Shown in pieces: positions 26,726-38,463 of a DNA stretch of 64,000 bases. Both the position numbers and the translations under genes were made by a program. The stretch is from Macrostomum hystrix (lineage: Eukaryota > Animalia > Platyhelminthes): the NCBI GenBank assembly GCA_950097015.1, contig CATNEN010000039.1, positions 9,114,001 to 9,178,000 of the forward strand, given 5' to 3'. The notes under the pieces were generated by a model. It was not told the DNA's origin and searched no databases. It was given only the letters and a program-made list of their open reading frames with translations. How positions within the stretch are numbered: position 1 is the first letter of the stretch; every line of letters starts with the position of its first letter.

Positions 26726-27157
26726 TTTTGAGTCATTTGACTACTATGTTAGATTAGATGGTCATTAGTAGCTTATTATAGCTATTCAAACTACACACAA
26801 TAGTTTTACAAATTCTAAAATGATATACTAGTTAGAGCCAGGCTATTTTATGATAAAAGAAAACTATTTTGTACATTAAGGCCTATATGAACAAATGGTC
26901 AGCTTGCTAGTTAAGTGAATTGTCTGCCAAATATTAAAACTACAATAAAAGTCAAATATAAAAAAAATTATACATAAAAATGACACCCACTCTAACTAGC
27001 CACTAAAATATAAAACCAAGAACTAGCTTCTTTTATAAATACAAGTATTTAAAATATAATATACTACTTTGGGAATGAAACCTAGCAAATTGACGAATAT
27101 TCTATTTAAGGCATAGATTGTATATATTTTTAAGTAATCATAAAATGCAAATACTTA

Positions 27158-27808
27158 GGGTAATGTATCATCAACCGAACAGTGTTATCTTCAAAACCGA
27201 ACAATAATTTTGACTCCTTCCTTGGTCTTGTGCAAGACAGAAACAAGCTATTGTGTTTCACAGAACAACTAAATTGAAGTTGAATAAATTATATACAAGC
27301 TGAGGCATGGTGTGCAATGAAGCATTAAAAGGAAAGAAAGATATTGATGTTTCAGTAGACATTTTTATCGCAAAAGCATACTTTTTAACATTTTTTCTGT
27401 ATGTACTTTAGACGAAGATTGTATATGGTTGCTTGCCAATTAAGTGACCATAAATGTAGTTATTTATAGAGCATGAAGATGCTTTATAGATGCTTTCAAA
27501 TGACATAATTCATGATAGTTCACTTCTTTAAATATGATTAACCAACTCTCACTCAAATTGTAAAACCAAACATCAAATTCTCTGTTTGGTTTGAAGATAC
27601 ATGAAAATCATTGTTCGGTTTTAGATAAAAAGCAGGAATAATTTTTTTCTATTTGACAAAATAGCAAAAGCAGATACTTTTTAGAAAGATTTAACTGTTT
27701 TCTATAACTTGGCTTTTGATTTATCATCATATCTTAAATAGAAAATCTATAGCTTAGGTTTGAAGTTAAAAAAATAAACATTCTTGTTTGGTTGATGATA
27801 CATTACCC
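27158..27808. mobile_element. MITE (Tc1/mariner-pogo type) with ~24-bp TIRs and TA target duplication
   Basis: TA|GGGTAATGTATCATCAACCGAACA ... TGTTTGGTTGATGATACATTACCC|TA; 651 bp, non-coding. Confidence 0.85.
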
Positions 27809-30797
27809 TAACACGTTCGAGGCCTCTACCAAAACTAAATTTGCTCTAGAATTGTTGACTTTCAAAATTTATGGTGACACTTATTTTCACTTTCAGTTAA
27901 AAATGTGCTAAAATATTGTTTGTTTAACAATTCAATATCTTTTCGAAATACTGTCGTAATGCTCCTTTCTTATTTTGTAAATTACTTATAATGCCCACTG
28001 CAAAAATGTACCTGTTTCCCGATAGATATTCTGACAATATATATACACACTTTAAGTAAAAATGTTTTAAAAAATCAAGTCAAAAATCATCGCAGTTTAT
28101 ATTTATTTAAGGATTCAAACAAAGTTAAGCTTTACGTACAGTAATTTGGCAATAAAAAGATAATGTATGGCCAGAAAGTAACTAAGATAAATTTAAGATA
28201 TTTTATTTTGCAATTTAAGAGTACTGAATACTTTAGTACAGCGCGGTATTTCAAAAGTTTCCAATTGTCTATTATATAAAAACAGGTCATGATACTCCAT
28301 CGTTGTAGTTGTAGTCAAGGTCGAAGTTGTCTTGTCTGATCTGAATTGTTTCCTACCGAATCCTATTATAGATTTAAATACTGTATTTTTTATACAGGTC
28401 TAAACTTCGTCTTATAATCATTTTTCCATTTTATTTAGTTGCTAGCGTCTGTAAGAAAGCCTATAGGCTTATGCCTTATGGCTATGCTGTTTCTTTTTTC
28501 CGAATCTTCCCTTACTCTTTTTAGCTAGGCCACAATGCATATTTATATTATACCCCTTATCTCTGTATAACAAACTTTATAACACCAATTTATGTTTTCT
28601 GTATGTAACGTATAATTTACTTGCTATCTTTGTTTATTCTAATTGAATATTGCCAAATTAGTAGTAGGGTCAATCTCAATTTAAATGGCAACGTAATAAA
28701 ACAAAAATTATTGTATTTACTTACTAAATGTAATGATGTGAGTGCACATAACAAGTCTGAATTCATGCAAAAAATGCTTTGAAATGATATTTTCGAATTT
28801 TAGCACAACATACAATATTTTATTGTTGAATAACAACAAGAAGTCAAAATAAAAATTTAAATTATTCGGAGATATCGTTGGCACACCCTAGGGTCACGTT
28901 GAAAGCAACTTGTTTCTGTGTACAGAAATAGTCATTTATTGTCAAGTATTGCGTCAATGTATAAAGTAAATTTTTTAAAAAATTTATTATGGCACGTCAA
29001 TACAAAGCAGATTTTTTAAAACTTTTAATGGACAATTCTTGTAAACTTTATGGCATAGTTGTACAGTTTAGTGTCCTAAGCAGTAAAGCATAATAAATAT
29101 ATCTGGCTAAAAAAGTCAAGCTATTATAGTCCAAAATGCGCAAAAAAACGTGTCGAAGATTCTATTTCATTCTACTTTTCATTTGCGCCCTCTGTTTTTA
29201 ACCAATGTTTATTCCTTATGTATCAGATGACTTTTTATGACCACAACGATGTCGTGTGCAGGCAGAAAAAGCGGTATGAATATTTCAAAAGGAAAAAATT
29301 GAAAATGAAAGCATGGTAGAGACCAACGAAATGATGATACTTCTGCTATTTGTGACGCAATAATATTACTTGTAAATTTTTCGCGTAAAAATAGTCTAAA
29401 ACAAGCTACATTTTAACATACAGTTTTCTATACATTTATAAAGAACACATAACAGCGAAATTATTTGTATAAAGAGAAAATAAAAAAAAATTAATGAGAA
29501 ATATTGTTTATGAAAGATGCTAACCTTTAACCAATAACCATTAAGTACTTTGGGCACAACTGAGTAAAGCACCAGCCATATCAATCTAAATTTAATGGCT
29601 ATTAAAATATATTGTTTCTATAATTTATCATCTCTAATTTATTTAGTTATGTCGCTTTTAAATCAACGTATATATTTTAAAAAATACAATATACAGTTAC
29701 TTAATGAAATTACGCATTTAATTTACAAAAAATTAACATTTAACGAGTAGATATAATCTATCAGGTCTCACTTTGTTCGACCTTTAGACTTGTAAACTTT
29801 TTGCGCATATGTATAAGCGATTCTATCAGGTTTTAGAAAACCTAATTCACAAACTATAATTTAAAAAATAAATACACCTACTGCTGATTTTTACAATTTT
29901 CATACAGTAAAACTATTGTATTTAAGTTACCTATAAATATCCCTAGTTATACAATAGAACATGTATAGAGAGTCTGTAATCAATGCAAAATAAACTCGTT
30001 CAAAATTGTCAGTGCTACGAATATATCTTTAAAATGTCAGTTACTTTAACTTTATATATATTTTTTTCTTATACAGTTGCGAGTTACAACGACAATCATA
30101 CATACGATTGATTATATCTCAAATCATCTGGATTAATTTCAAGTTGCGCACTTTCAGATAACACGATTATCCACTTAGTCAATACTATCTTAATCTTTAT
30201 CAATAATAATGAATTGCATTACATTACAATTACCATAAAATTCATTTTATTTTTTAAAAAGAATTACAAGGAAATCCGAACATTATTTTGTACACAAGCT
30301 AGTGTACAAAAAATTACAAATAAGCTAGTGCTGTTTTAGATGATTTAGTAAGGTCGTGGAATTAAAAAGTTTCTTGTCAAAAACGGTATCTTGTGTAAAC
30401 ACTCACACAAAAACAAAAAAACATAAATTCAAATGCGTATTCAAAATAAACAAGGCACATAACTTTAAATAAGCATTTCTTTTTTTACTAAATATCGTAC
30501 CATATTTATATTATAAGTAATAGAAAAATTATTTTTGCATCGTAAAGTAAAAACAAAACTCGTAAAAAAATAAACAAAAAAGGAAATTTATGTATATACA
30601 GAGGGATCTACTTGTGCTTTGGTGCATATAATTGCATAGACTTTTGCTTAAAGTTTCTATTGTGCTAGAAAAAAACGATCATTTATTAGTTTTTAATAAA
30701 TCCTTCAAAACATGCCTTCGGGTTTGAGATTACCCCAGTAATGTTTGGTCTAAGTCTAAACAGCATGACAGTATATTATTTTGGCAGTTGATTGGCA

Positions 30798-31218
30798 GTT
30801 AACCGGACAAATAGCCATTTGATTATTCGTCCGGTTAAGTGAGTTATAACTTATAAAAGTTATAAGGGGTTGTAGCACTACCACAAGAACCTCTATCATT
30901 TGTAAGATAAAATAATTAACAAGCTGCAAAAGGACAGTCATTCAGATTTGAAGTTTGTGTCTCAAATTATTCTCACTTATCAGCTAATTAAAAAAATTAA
31001 AACCTTTTCTAGAAAATTGGTTGTTTCAGGGACTAACTTAGTTCATGGACATATAGTTTGGTCTTTGCAAGGTCAAGACTCAAGATGGCTCTCAGCAGGG
31101 CAAGAGTGGTCTTTGGGAGGATCATTGCTCCTGCTTGTTGAAAGGGAAGAAATTAAGTCCTTGGATGGTTAACAGGTTAACCGGACAAATAATCAAACGG
31201 CTATTTGTCCGGCTAACC
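30798..31218. mobile_element. Inverted pair of ~41-bp self-palindromic motifs (probable MITE remnant)
   Basis: GTTAACCGGACAAATAGCCATTTGATTATTCGTCCGGTTAA and its near reverse complement at ~31177-31218. Confidence 0.5.
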
Positions 31219-32280
31219 AGACAAATAACAACTACCTATTATTTTACCAATTTTCAATTTGCTTACTGATTTTATTAAATTCTCTGGATCATGCAGTACA
31301 TGTCCAAAGATTTTAGGCATACATTGGTGTTGCCTGCCCACCATCTTATCCGTCATCAGACAAGTTGACTTATTTCATTCATTTTATACATTTTTGAAAA
31401 ACCAGGCTGGAATTGCAGGCAATTGGGTAGCAAAGCACAGCACAGTGCAGCATAGCACCTCAATGTCATTAGTTCCTGTAAGGATGCATAGTCCAAAGCT
31501 GTTGTTAGCTTGGTATTTGGCTCTTTTGACCCAAAAATTTTTGGTTCTTAATGCATGAATATTCATGAACTTAATGTGAAAACTCCAATCTAGGGCTTAT
31601 TTGTAAGAGTGAAATTCAGAAGCCAACAAGCTGCATGAACTTAGACTTAACTGAAATGAGAACAAACTAAACATATTGTTATCATTCCATAGTGTGGTGA
31701 TAGATAATTGGCATATTTTTTAAGTTCTTTGACTAATTTGAACAGATTTGTAGTAGTTTGTACATGCTATTTCATTCTGCATAAAAGGAAAGGTCAGCTT
31801 GCTTATGAAATATACCCTACTTTTTAAAATAATAAGAGAGAATGATATCTTTCATGCATTTTCATGTTATTTTGATACTAGATACTTTTCTTTTGTGACT
31901 ATAAAAGCCATAGTCAGATGACTTTGTTTTAATTGTCCTTGTGACTGACTAGTTTCTAAAGACAAATTAAGAGTAGATGAGATGGTGGTAGTCGTAAAGA
32001 CTCAAATCTGTGTGGCACTAATATAAATAGAATTATGTGCTAATTGTTCAGTTTAGATAACATGTTTAGTTGATTTAAAGATTATGATTATTTTCAGACT
32101 TATATTATTAACAGCTATTAAAATCTCTTAAATTGTATAATTTGTATATTAAAATAGTTCAGTATCAAAACTAGCCCAAAAAGCAAAATGAAATGCAAAT
32201 TATATTTTTACTTTGTATTTACTTAATCTTATCACAACAAATGTAGTCACATTGTTGCTCAAACCGAATCGCTCCACAGC

Positions 32281-33359
32281 ATGCAGAGCATCAGTATGGT
32301 TAGGAAAGTCCTACTAGCCATGGATGGCAGTCCGCACTGCTATCGCGCACTGGCCTGGTATGCTGAGAATCTCAACAGCGCCGACGATCAGCTGGTGTTT
32401 GTGTACGTAGCTGAGCCGCCATCGTCAACTATTGCTGCTGGCGTCACCACGCCAGAGCAGATGACTGCTGGCCTGCAGGTTAATAATTATCAGCATTTTG
32501 CATTGAGGGCTCTAGGTACTGACAACATTTCGAGACTTCAATATAGACTCCTGTACACTCTCACAGCGTTTCGGGTTTTCCCTCATGTGCGTGAAAATGT
32601 CAGCATTTTCTTCGTGTCCGCTTAAACGCAATAACGGCAGAGGGAAGACCATAGGTTTATTTCAAATACATACATTTTTCCATATTCTATGTCTCCCAAA
32701 ATATTTTTTAACCAATCGCGATGAAAATCCAGAACACGGCCTACAATTTTCCACTCTTTGGGAGACATCGGCACGGCATCATCTAGATATTTAGAGAGGT
32801 TCTCGTCCGGTGTCTGGTGCCAAAAACCGCCAATATAGGCATTGTTTATTTGCTCACAAAATTTCATCCTGTAACCATGTCGGCCATTATTTTTTTTTAT
32901 ATAGTTACTTTCACAAAAGTCTTTATCCAATGGGTAAATCGCGTGCTCTTTCTACTGTTAATCGCTCTGCTATGGTCATTATCTCTAGCCCTTCAAAGCT
33001 TTGCTGAATTATCCCTTGGCTCATCGAGTATTTTAACCTGGCCCACCCACCTCACCGTCGCCCGCCTCAACCAGGAGGCCATCAACAAAGGCAAAAGCCT
33101 GGCCAGCGAGGTTACGCAGAAGTGCGGCGAGTTGGGCATCAAAGCGCAGACTCGCTTTCTGGAACGCATCGCCCACGGCGCTGGTCAGGCCCTTGTTGAA
33201 CTCTCTGTGGAGGAGAACGCCGACCTCATCGTCATGGGCAACCGTGGCATCGGCACACTGAGGCGCACTTTTATGGGCAGCGTGTCGGACTATGTGCTGC
33301 ACCATGCCCACCGGCCCACCATCATTGTGCCGCCACCGAAGGAGAGTGCCTCGCATTGA
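32281..33359 (+). CDS. Universal stress protein (UspA domain), 160 aa, 2 exons
   Basis: Exons 32281-32478 and 33075-33359 (phase 0). Motifs RKVLLAMDGS..., ADLIVMGNRGIGTLRRTFMGSVSDYVLHHAHRPTIIVP. Confidence 0.95.
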
Positions 33360-34302
33360 GCTGATTGGATGAAAACTGGTTCCGAGATGCAGCTGTTTTG
33401 CTGAACTTTAAAAATGGATCTCAATTTTTGATAGACAGTTGTATTTGGGAACGTTTTATTAGGGACAGGAATGTTGTAGCTCTTAGACTGAGGTTTGAAT
33501 TTCGAATCCCCAGTTTTTTATTACGTATTTTTCGTTTAATCAACGTTTCTAAACGGTCATTTAATGTTTGTGGTTATAATTTTACGTTGTTAAAACCCAT
33601 TGATGTTAAATCAATAAAACTATTTATATGATAAACTTGTAAACCTGATTGCTATACGCGCAGCTTTGCTCCCAGTAATTTTGCCGTCATAAACAGTTCA
33701 GTTGATTGCTTTTTGAAACTTATGCCTTTTAATTGCCCTCTTATTCTATCAAACTTTTAAAATGATTACCGGATTTATATCCATGATCTTTGTGCAGTCG
33801 TGCCCCACAATTATTCAACTTTCGAGTTGCGTCTTGTTTCTCGCATATGATCGACGTGTTCTTGTATAATTTTCAGTTTTCAATAATATAAACCTTTTTT
33901 GTTACTGATTTATGATCACATCAACCCCATCAATTATGGTTTTCTAATCTATTATTACCAAGGCTAAATGATTATCTTTACCTGCCCAATTTTATGCTAT
34001 ACTTTACAGCGGTGACAGCTTACTGTTTTCTGGCCTTTTTATCCAACTAACGTTTAATTTGCTTTGGTTTTACATAATCTCAAAGTTTTTTGTCAGTTTT
34101 TCGTGTCCGTCGGTGCACTTAATTTTTGTTATTTTGTAGTTTAGTTGGCTTTATCCGTTATTTATTAAACTTTATATGTAAGCGCTTCGCAATAAGAATT
34201 ATAAATTCAATAGTTAAAACTGATTAAATTATCCAACATTTGTGTTTCATCTTTTTCGGCTTCTTTTTTGGTCGTCGACATTTAAGTCGGAAAGGGTGTT
34301 CG

Positions 34303-34832
34303 TTTAGAGTGAGTGTACATTGAAGCTGTGGTCTAGGGTGCTGGTTGTGAGTGAGTGTACATTGAAGCTGTGGTCTAGGGTGCTGGTTGTGAGTGAGTGT
34401 ACATTGAAGCTGTGGTCTAGGGTGCTGGTTGTGAGTGAGTGTACATTGAAGCTGTGGTCTAGGGTGCTGGTTGTGAGTGAGTGTACATTGAAGCTGTGGT
34501 CTAGGGTGCTGGTTGTGAGTGAGTGTACATTGAAGCTGTGGTCTAGGGTGCTGGTTGTGAGTGAGTGTACATTGAAGCTGTGGTCTAGGGTGCTGGTTGT
34601 GAGTGAGTGTACATTGAAGCTGTGGTCTGCAGTGCTGGTTGTGAGTGAGTGTACATTGAGGCTGTGGTCTGCAGTGCTGGTTGTGAGTGAGTGTACATTG
34701 AGGCTGTGGTCTGGGGTGCTGGTTGTGAGTGAGTGTACTCTGGAGTGCTGGTTGTGAGTGAGTGTAAATCTGGAGTGCTGGTTGTGCGTGAGTGTACATT
34801 GAGGCTGTGGTCTGCAGTGCTGGTTGTGTGTG
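34303..34832. repeat. 42-bp minisatellite (GAGTGAGTGTACATTGAAGCTGTGGTCTAGGGTGCTGGTTGT), ~12 copies
   Basis: Directly visible; ORFs 34224-34888 are repeat translations. Confidence 0.97.
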
Positions 34833-35000
34833 AGTTTGTATTGATTCTTGGGTGTGTTTTGGTCTTTAATGAATGTTAGACTTGGCACTGTACTCTAGTT
34901 AGAAGATTGAGTGTATCTGAATGGTTAAGTTTTTCGCATTTTGTTTAATTTAATTGCTCGCAACTATTCTTCAGCGCCTAGGCCCCTTTGTACGGAAGCT

Positions 35001-36779
35001 ATGTTCATGGACACTGACGATGAAGAAGGCGAGGTTGAACTGCTCCGATTTGTTCCTCCGTCGCCGCCGCCCCACGGTAACGTGGCGGTTGAGAAAAGGC
35101 GCATTCTCGTGGGCAAGCGTCGGCATCAGCAGCGGCCTAGCAGCTCGGGTCGCAGCCGCGGCTATAAACAGGAACACGTGCAGCAGTTTAAAGATGAACT
35201 GCCTCCTGCTGCAAATGTCCAAGAGGAGGAGGTGATCACGCGCCGATACACAGATCCCAGACGAAAAAATTCCATTAGAGTGAAGCGCGAGCCGCGCGAT
35301 AGCAGTCCCAGCGGTCAGCAGCTTGTCGTACTGGATGCTCTTGACATTCCATTGGAAGACTTTCAACGCGGAGCGTCTGTTGGTCTGCGCAGCGAAGCGC
35401 TTCACCTGACCGGTGTCGGCAGCATGCACACAACCGACGTCTTTGACTACCTGTCCGCTTGTGTGCCGGTGCCTGCCGAGTGGATCGAATGGATCGACGA
35501 CAACACCTGCAACGCTGTATATCTGGACGGTCCATCAGCCTTGGCAGCCCTGTCTGGCCTCTTGGACCTGCCAGATTCGGCCACATCGCCGGAAGTTTGC
35601 GTCAGCGGCGGAAATCGCTGTGTTCGCTGTCGAGCTGGTGTTGTCGCGCGCTTCGCCGTGCCCTCAGATCGCAAAGGCAAGAATGCTAACCTGGCCTCGG
35701 ACTATTATAGGCGGCACGGCAATCCCAACTACGGCAATATTCGCGGCGTACTGAGCCACAGCTACAGGCGTCGGGTGAATTCTCATCGTTGCGCCTCAGA
35801 TATGCGCCGGATTGCCGAGTGCGCTGCCGCGGCTGCCGCTGACGCTGCCGCCGCTGCCGCAGCGGCCGCCGCTCTGTCTGCCGAGAATGGTAACAGCGCC
35901 GAAATAGATTCGTCTTCTGCTTCTAAAAGAAGCCGACGTCGACGCAGGCGGAGCAGCTTTGACCGAGACTCTGGCAGCCGTGACGAGCCGCCTATCGTTA
36001 TTCAGTTTGAATCGACAACCGGGCCGAATGTCAAGAGAAGCCGAATAGACTGCGGAAATGATGATGGCGATCTGCGTCACAGCCTTAAACGAATTCGGCG
36101 CCATCGTAGACGATACAGCGACGAGCGCAGCGACGATGAATATTATAACAGCGCGCGAGACAGCCTTGGCGACGATGTCGAACTAGTTGTCGTGGACGAT
36201 GCTGCGAAGTCTGAAAGTGGCGAAGAAATTGAACAACGGGCGCAACAACAGCCGCCAAGTGCACTCTCTATCAAAGTAGAGCCAGTTGAAGCCAAAATGG
36301 AGCCAGTAGACGATGACGAAATCATCGAGCTGGACAACCGGAGAGTGTTCGTCTACGCTGGCAATTCTTCGCGCCTGGCATCGGTTGTGCAGATGCCTCT
36401 GCCGCCGCCGCCGCCACCTCAGCCACAGCAGTCCTCCAGGCATCAGCACCAACCTCTTAGATCCGCTGTTGTGTCTCGCCGTCAACAGCCTCAGCCGTCC
36501 CGTCGTGAGCAGCAGCAGCCACCGCATCGTCGACCTCAGCATAGTCGACAGCGTACACCAGCTTCTGTTTCCCGTTCGTCTTCATCTTCAAGATCTTCCT
36601 CCTCTTCGTCTTCCTCGTCTTCTTCCGCCGATTCTTCCACGTCTTCATCGTCAACAGGCTCTTCTTCTTCATCGTCCTCTTCGGCTTCATCCGATGACGA
36701 GGATGACGGTCGAGAGGCAGCTGCTGAGTGGACTGCACGTACGGCGGACAGCGCCCGAGCCACTGGGAAGGCGCGCTAG
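35001..36779 (+). CDS. NCBP3: Nuclear cap-binding protein subunit 3 (C17orf85/DUF2414 family), single coding exon
   Basis: EALHLTGVGSMHTTDVFDY, IEWIDDNTCNAVY, RFA..SDRK and YYRRHGNPNYGNIRGVLSHSYRRR match remembered NCBP3 motifs. Acceptor-like TTCTTCAG at ~34974 precedes the ATG at 35001. Confidence 0.88.
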   Translation: MFMDTDDEEGEVELLRFVPPSPPPHGNVAVEKRRILVGKRRHQQRPSSSGRSRGYKQEHVQQFKDELPPAANVQEEEVITRRYTDPRRKNSIRVKREPRDSSPSGQQLVVLDALDIPLEDFQRGASVGLRSEALHLTGVGSMHTTDVFDYLSACVPVPAEWIEWIDDNTCNAVYLDGPSALAALSGLLDLPDSATSPEVCVSGGNRCVRCRAGVVARFAVPSDRKGKNANLASDYYRRHGNPNYGNIRGVLSHSYRRRVNSHRCASDMRRIAECAAAAAADAAAAAAAAAALSAENGNSAEIDSSSASKRSRRRRRRSSFDRDSGSRDEPPIVIQFESTTGPNVKRSRIDCGNDDGDLRHSLKRIRRHRRRYSDERSDDEYYNSARDSLGDDVELVVVDDAAKSESGEEIEQRAQQQPPSALSIKVEPVEAKMEPVDDDEIIELDNRRVFVYAGNSSRLASVVQMPLPPPPPPQPQQSSRHQHQPLRSAVVSRRQQPQPSRREQQQPPHRRPQHSRQRTPASVSRSSSSSRSSSSSSSSSSSADSSTSSSSTGSSSSSSSSASSDDEDDGREAAAEWTARTADSARATGKAR

Positions 36780-37664
36780 GGATAGCGTAGGTACTGAAGG
36801 GTAGAGTAGATACTGAGGGGTTGAGTAGATACTGAAGAGTAGAGTAAACTTCAGTATCTTCTCGTACATATCACTATTTGATGGTTAGATTGTCGTTACT
36901 GCATTCTGTTTGTTTTGACTAAAAATACATAATTTTTAATTGAGCATATTTTCGATAATACCATTCTCTTGTCAAATGTTAACATTGCTGCTAGGTCATT
37001 TTGTTTGTTATATTCGAGCAAAAGATGACGCCGCTAATACATATATTGCCATCTTAATTACGGAATTCATCCGTACTTGCATTAGTTTTTTATTTAGATT
37101 CGTGCTTTTTAATTGACTTGTTTCATGCTACTTGAAGTAAGATAAACCGGTTGCGTACATGCTAGTGTTTCCCCACTGCTGCTATTTAGTTCAAATAGTG
37201 ATTTAGCTCAAATGTAAAAACTGTTTTTGTATGATAGCTTATTGACCATAGCTTGTTGTTGTTTAAGAATTGATGTATGCGCATTCTTCTGCAGCAGAAT
37301 ATGTACATTTTATTGCTGTAACTATTTATTTTTATTTTAGTTATGAAATGTACCTTCTCGTCATATGAAATTTTAGGCAAAATGCTCTCTTAATACAGTT
37401 TGTTGCTATCTTATATGCGTAAATATGTGCGTTTTTATTATGCCTACATTTTATTTCACATTGTTTTGTACTCTGTATTTTGTAACATTATAAAGTCAGT
37501 TCATTGATTTTTAGCTCTTGTTTTACTGATACTAATCAACCTAGACGTTATTGAAATGCTATATATGGTACGAGTACTGTCGTTTTCATTCAACACCCGG
37601 GTGTTAGGCCTAAAGGATTCTGCATAGTTTTTAGGTCTGAGAGTGGTGATTTTGAACCTCTAAG

Positions 37665-38342
37665 TATTGCTTTTGTCAGCCAAGTCAATCACGTTGAGAA
37701 TCCCCATTCACTGCTGTAACAGCCGCTGCCATCGAACTACACTCGACCATTGACAAAAAAGCCAATCAAATCGACGAAAGGCCAACCAAGTAGACAATTC
37801 CAGTAAAAAATCAACCAAAGGTTAACAAAAAATTTGAGAATTGATAATATCTTGGTTTGAAATCCTCTACTTTATTTCTAAGCCCGAGAGAAAAGCGTTT
37901 AATAAAATCCGATTGCTTATTTTAGAGACGTTTAATGAGCGGCTTCAGAGCGAGGAATCGGTAGTCTGTCGTACAGACTACTTTAATTCCGAGACCATTA
38001 CATCATATAATGGGCCTCAAATAAGCAATCTGATTTCATATAAAATAATAGCCATTTAATAAGCTGTCTATGGTAGAATGTCCTCGGCCACACTCAAACC
38101 AGACCATTAAATGCAGCCTTGGACATTCTAACCACATACTCGGCTTGGCTTAAATTATTATATTCTATGGCCATAAAGGATAGTGCAGCTTGGAATTCTT
38201 GGAATTCTTGCACTTGGGTGGCTTTTGAGTGGCTTTTTGTCTATGGTCGTGTGTAGTTCTATGGCAGTGGCGCTGCTACTGCAGTGAATTTGGATTCTCA
38301 ACGTGATTTACTTTATTCTCGACTTGGCTGACAAAAGCAATA
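37665..38342. mobile_element. Foldback/MITE-like element with ~105-120-bp imperfect TIRs and an inner inverted repeat
   Basis: 37665-37770 (TATTGCTTTTGTCAGCCAAGTC..ATCACGTTGAGAATCC..) is the reverse complement of ~38222-38342; inner arms at ~38060-38150. Confidence 0.7.
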
Positions 38343-38463
38343 TTTGAATAGACTTAAATGGATTTCATCGATAAGAAAATTATTTTGCTAAATAGTTTTT
38401 TACATAACTAATTTCCAAACAATTTATCTACGAATGGCCTATTTTCAACTGCATTTCCAGCAG

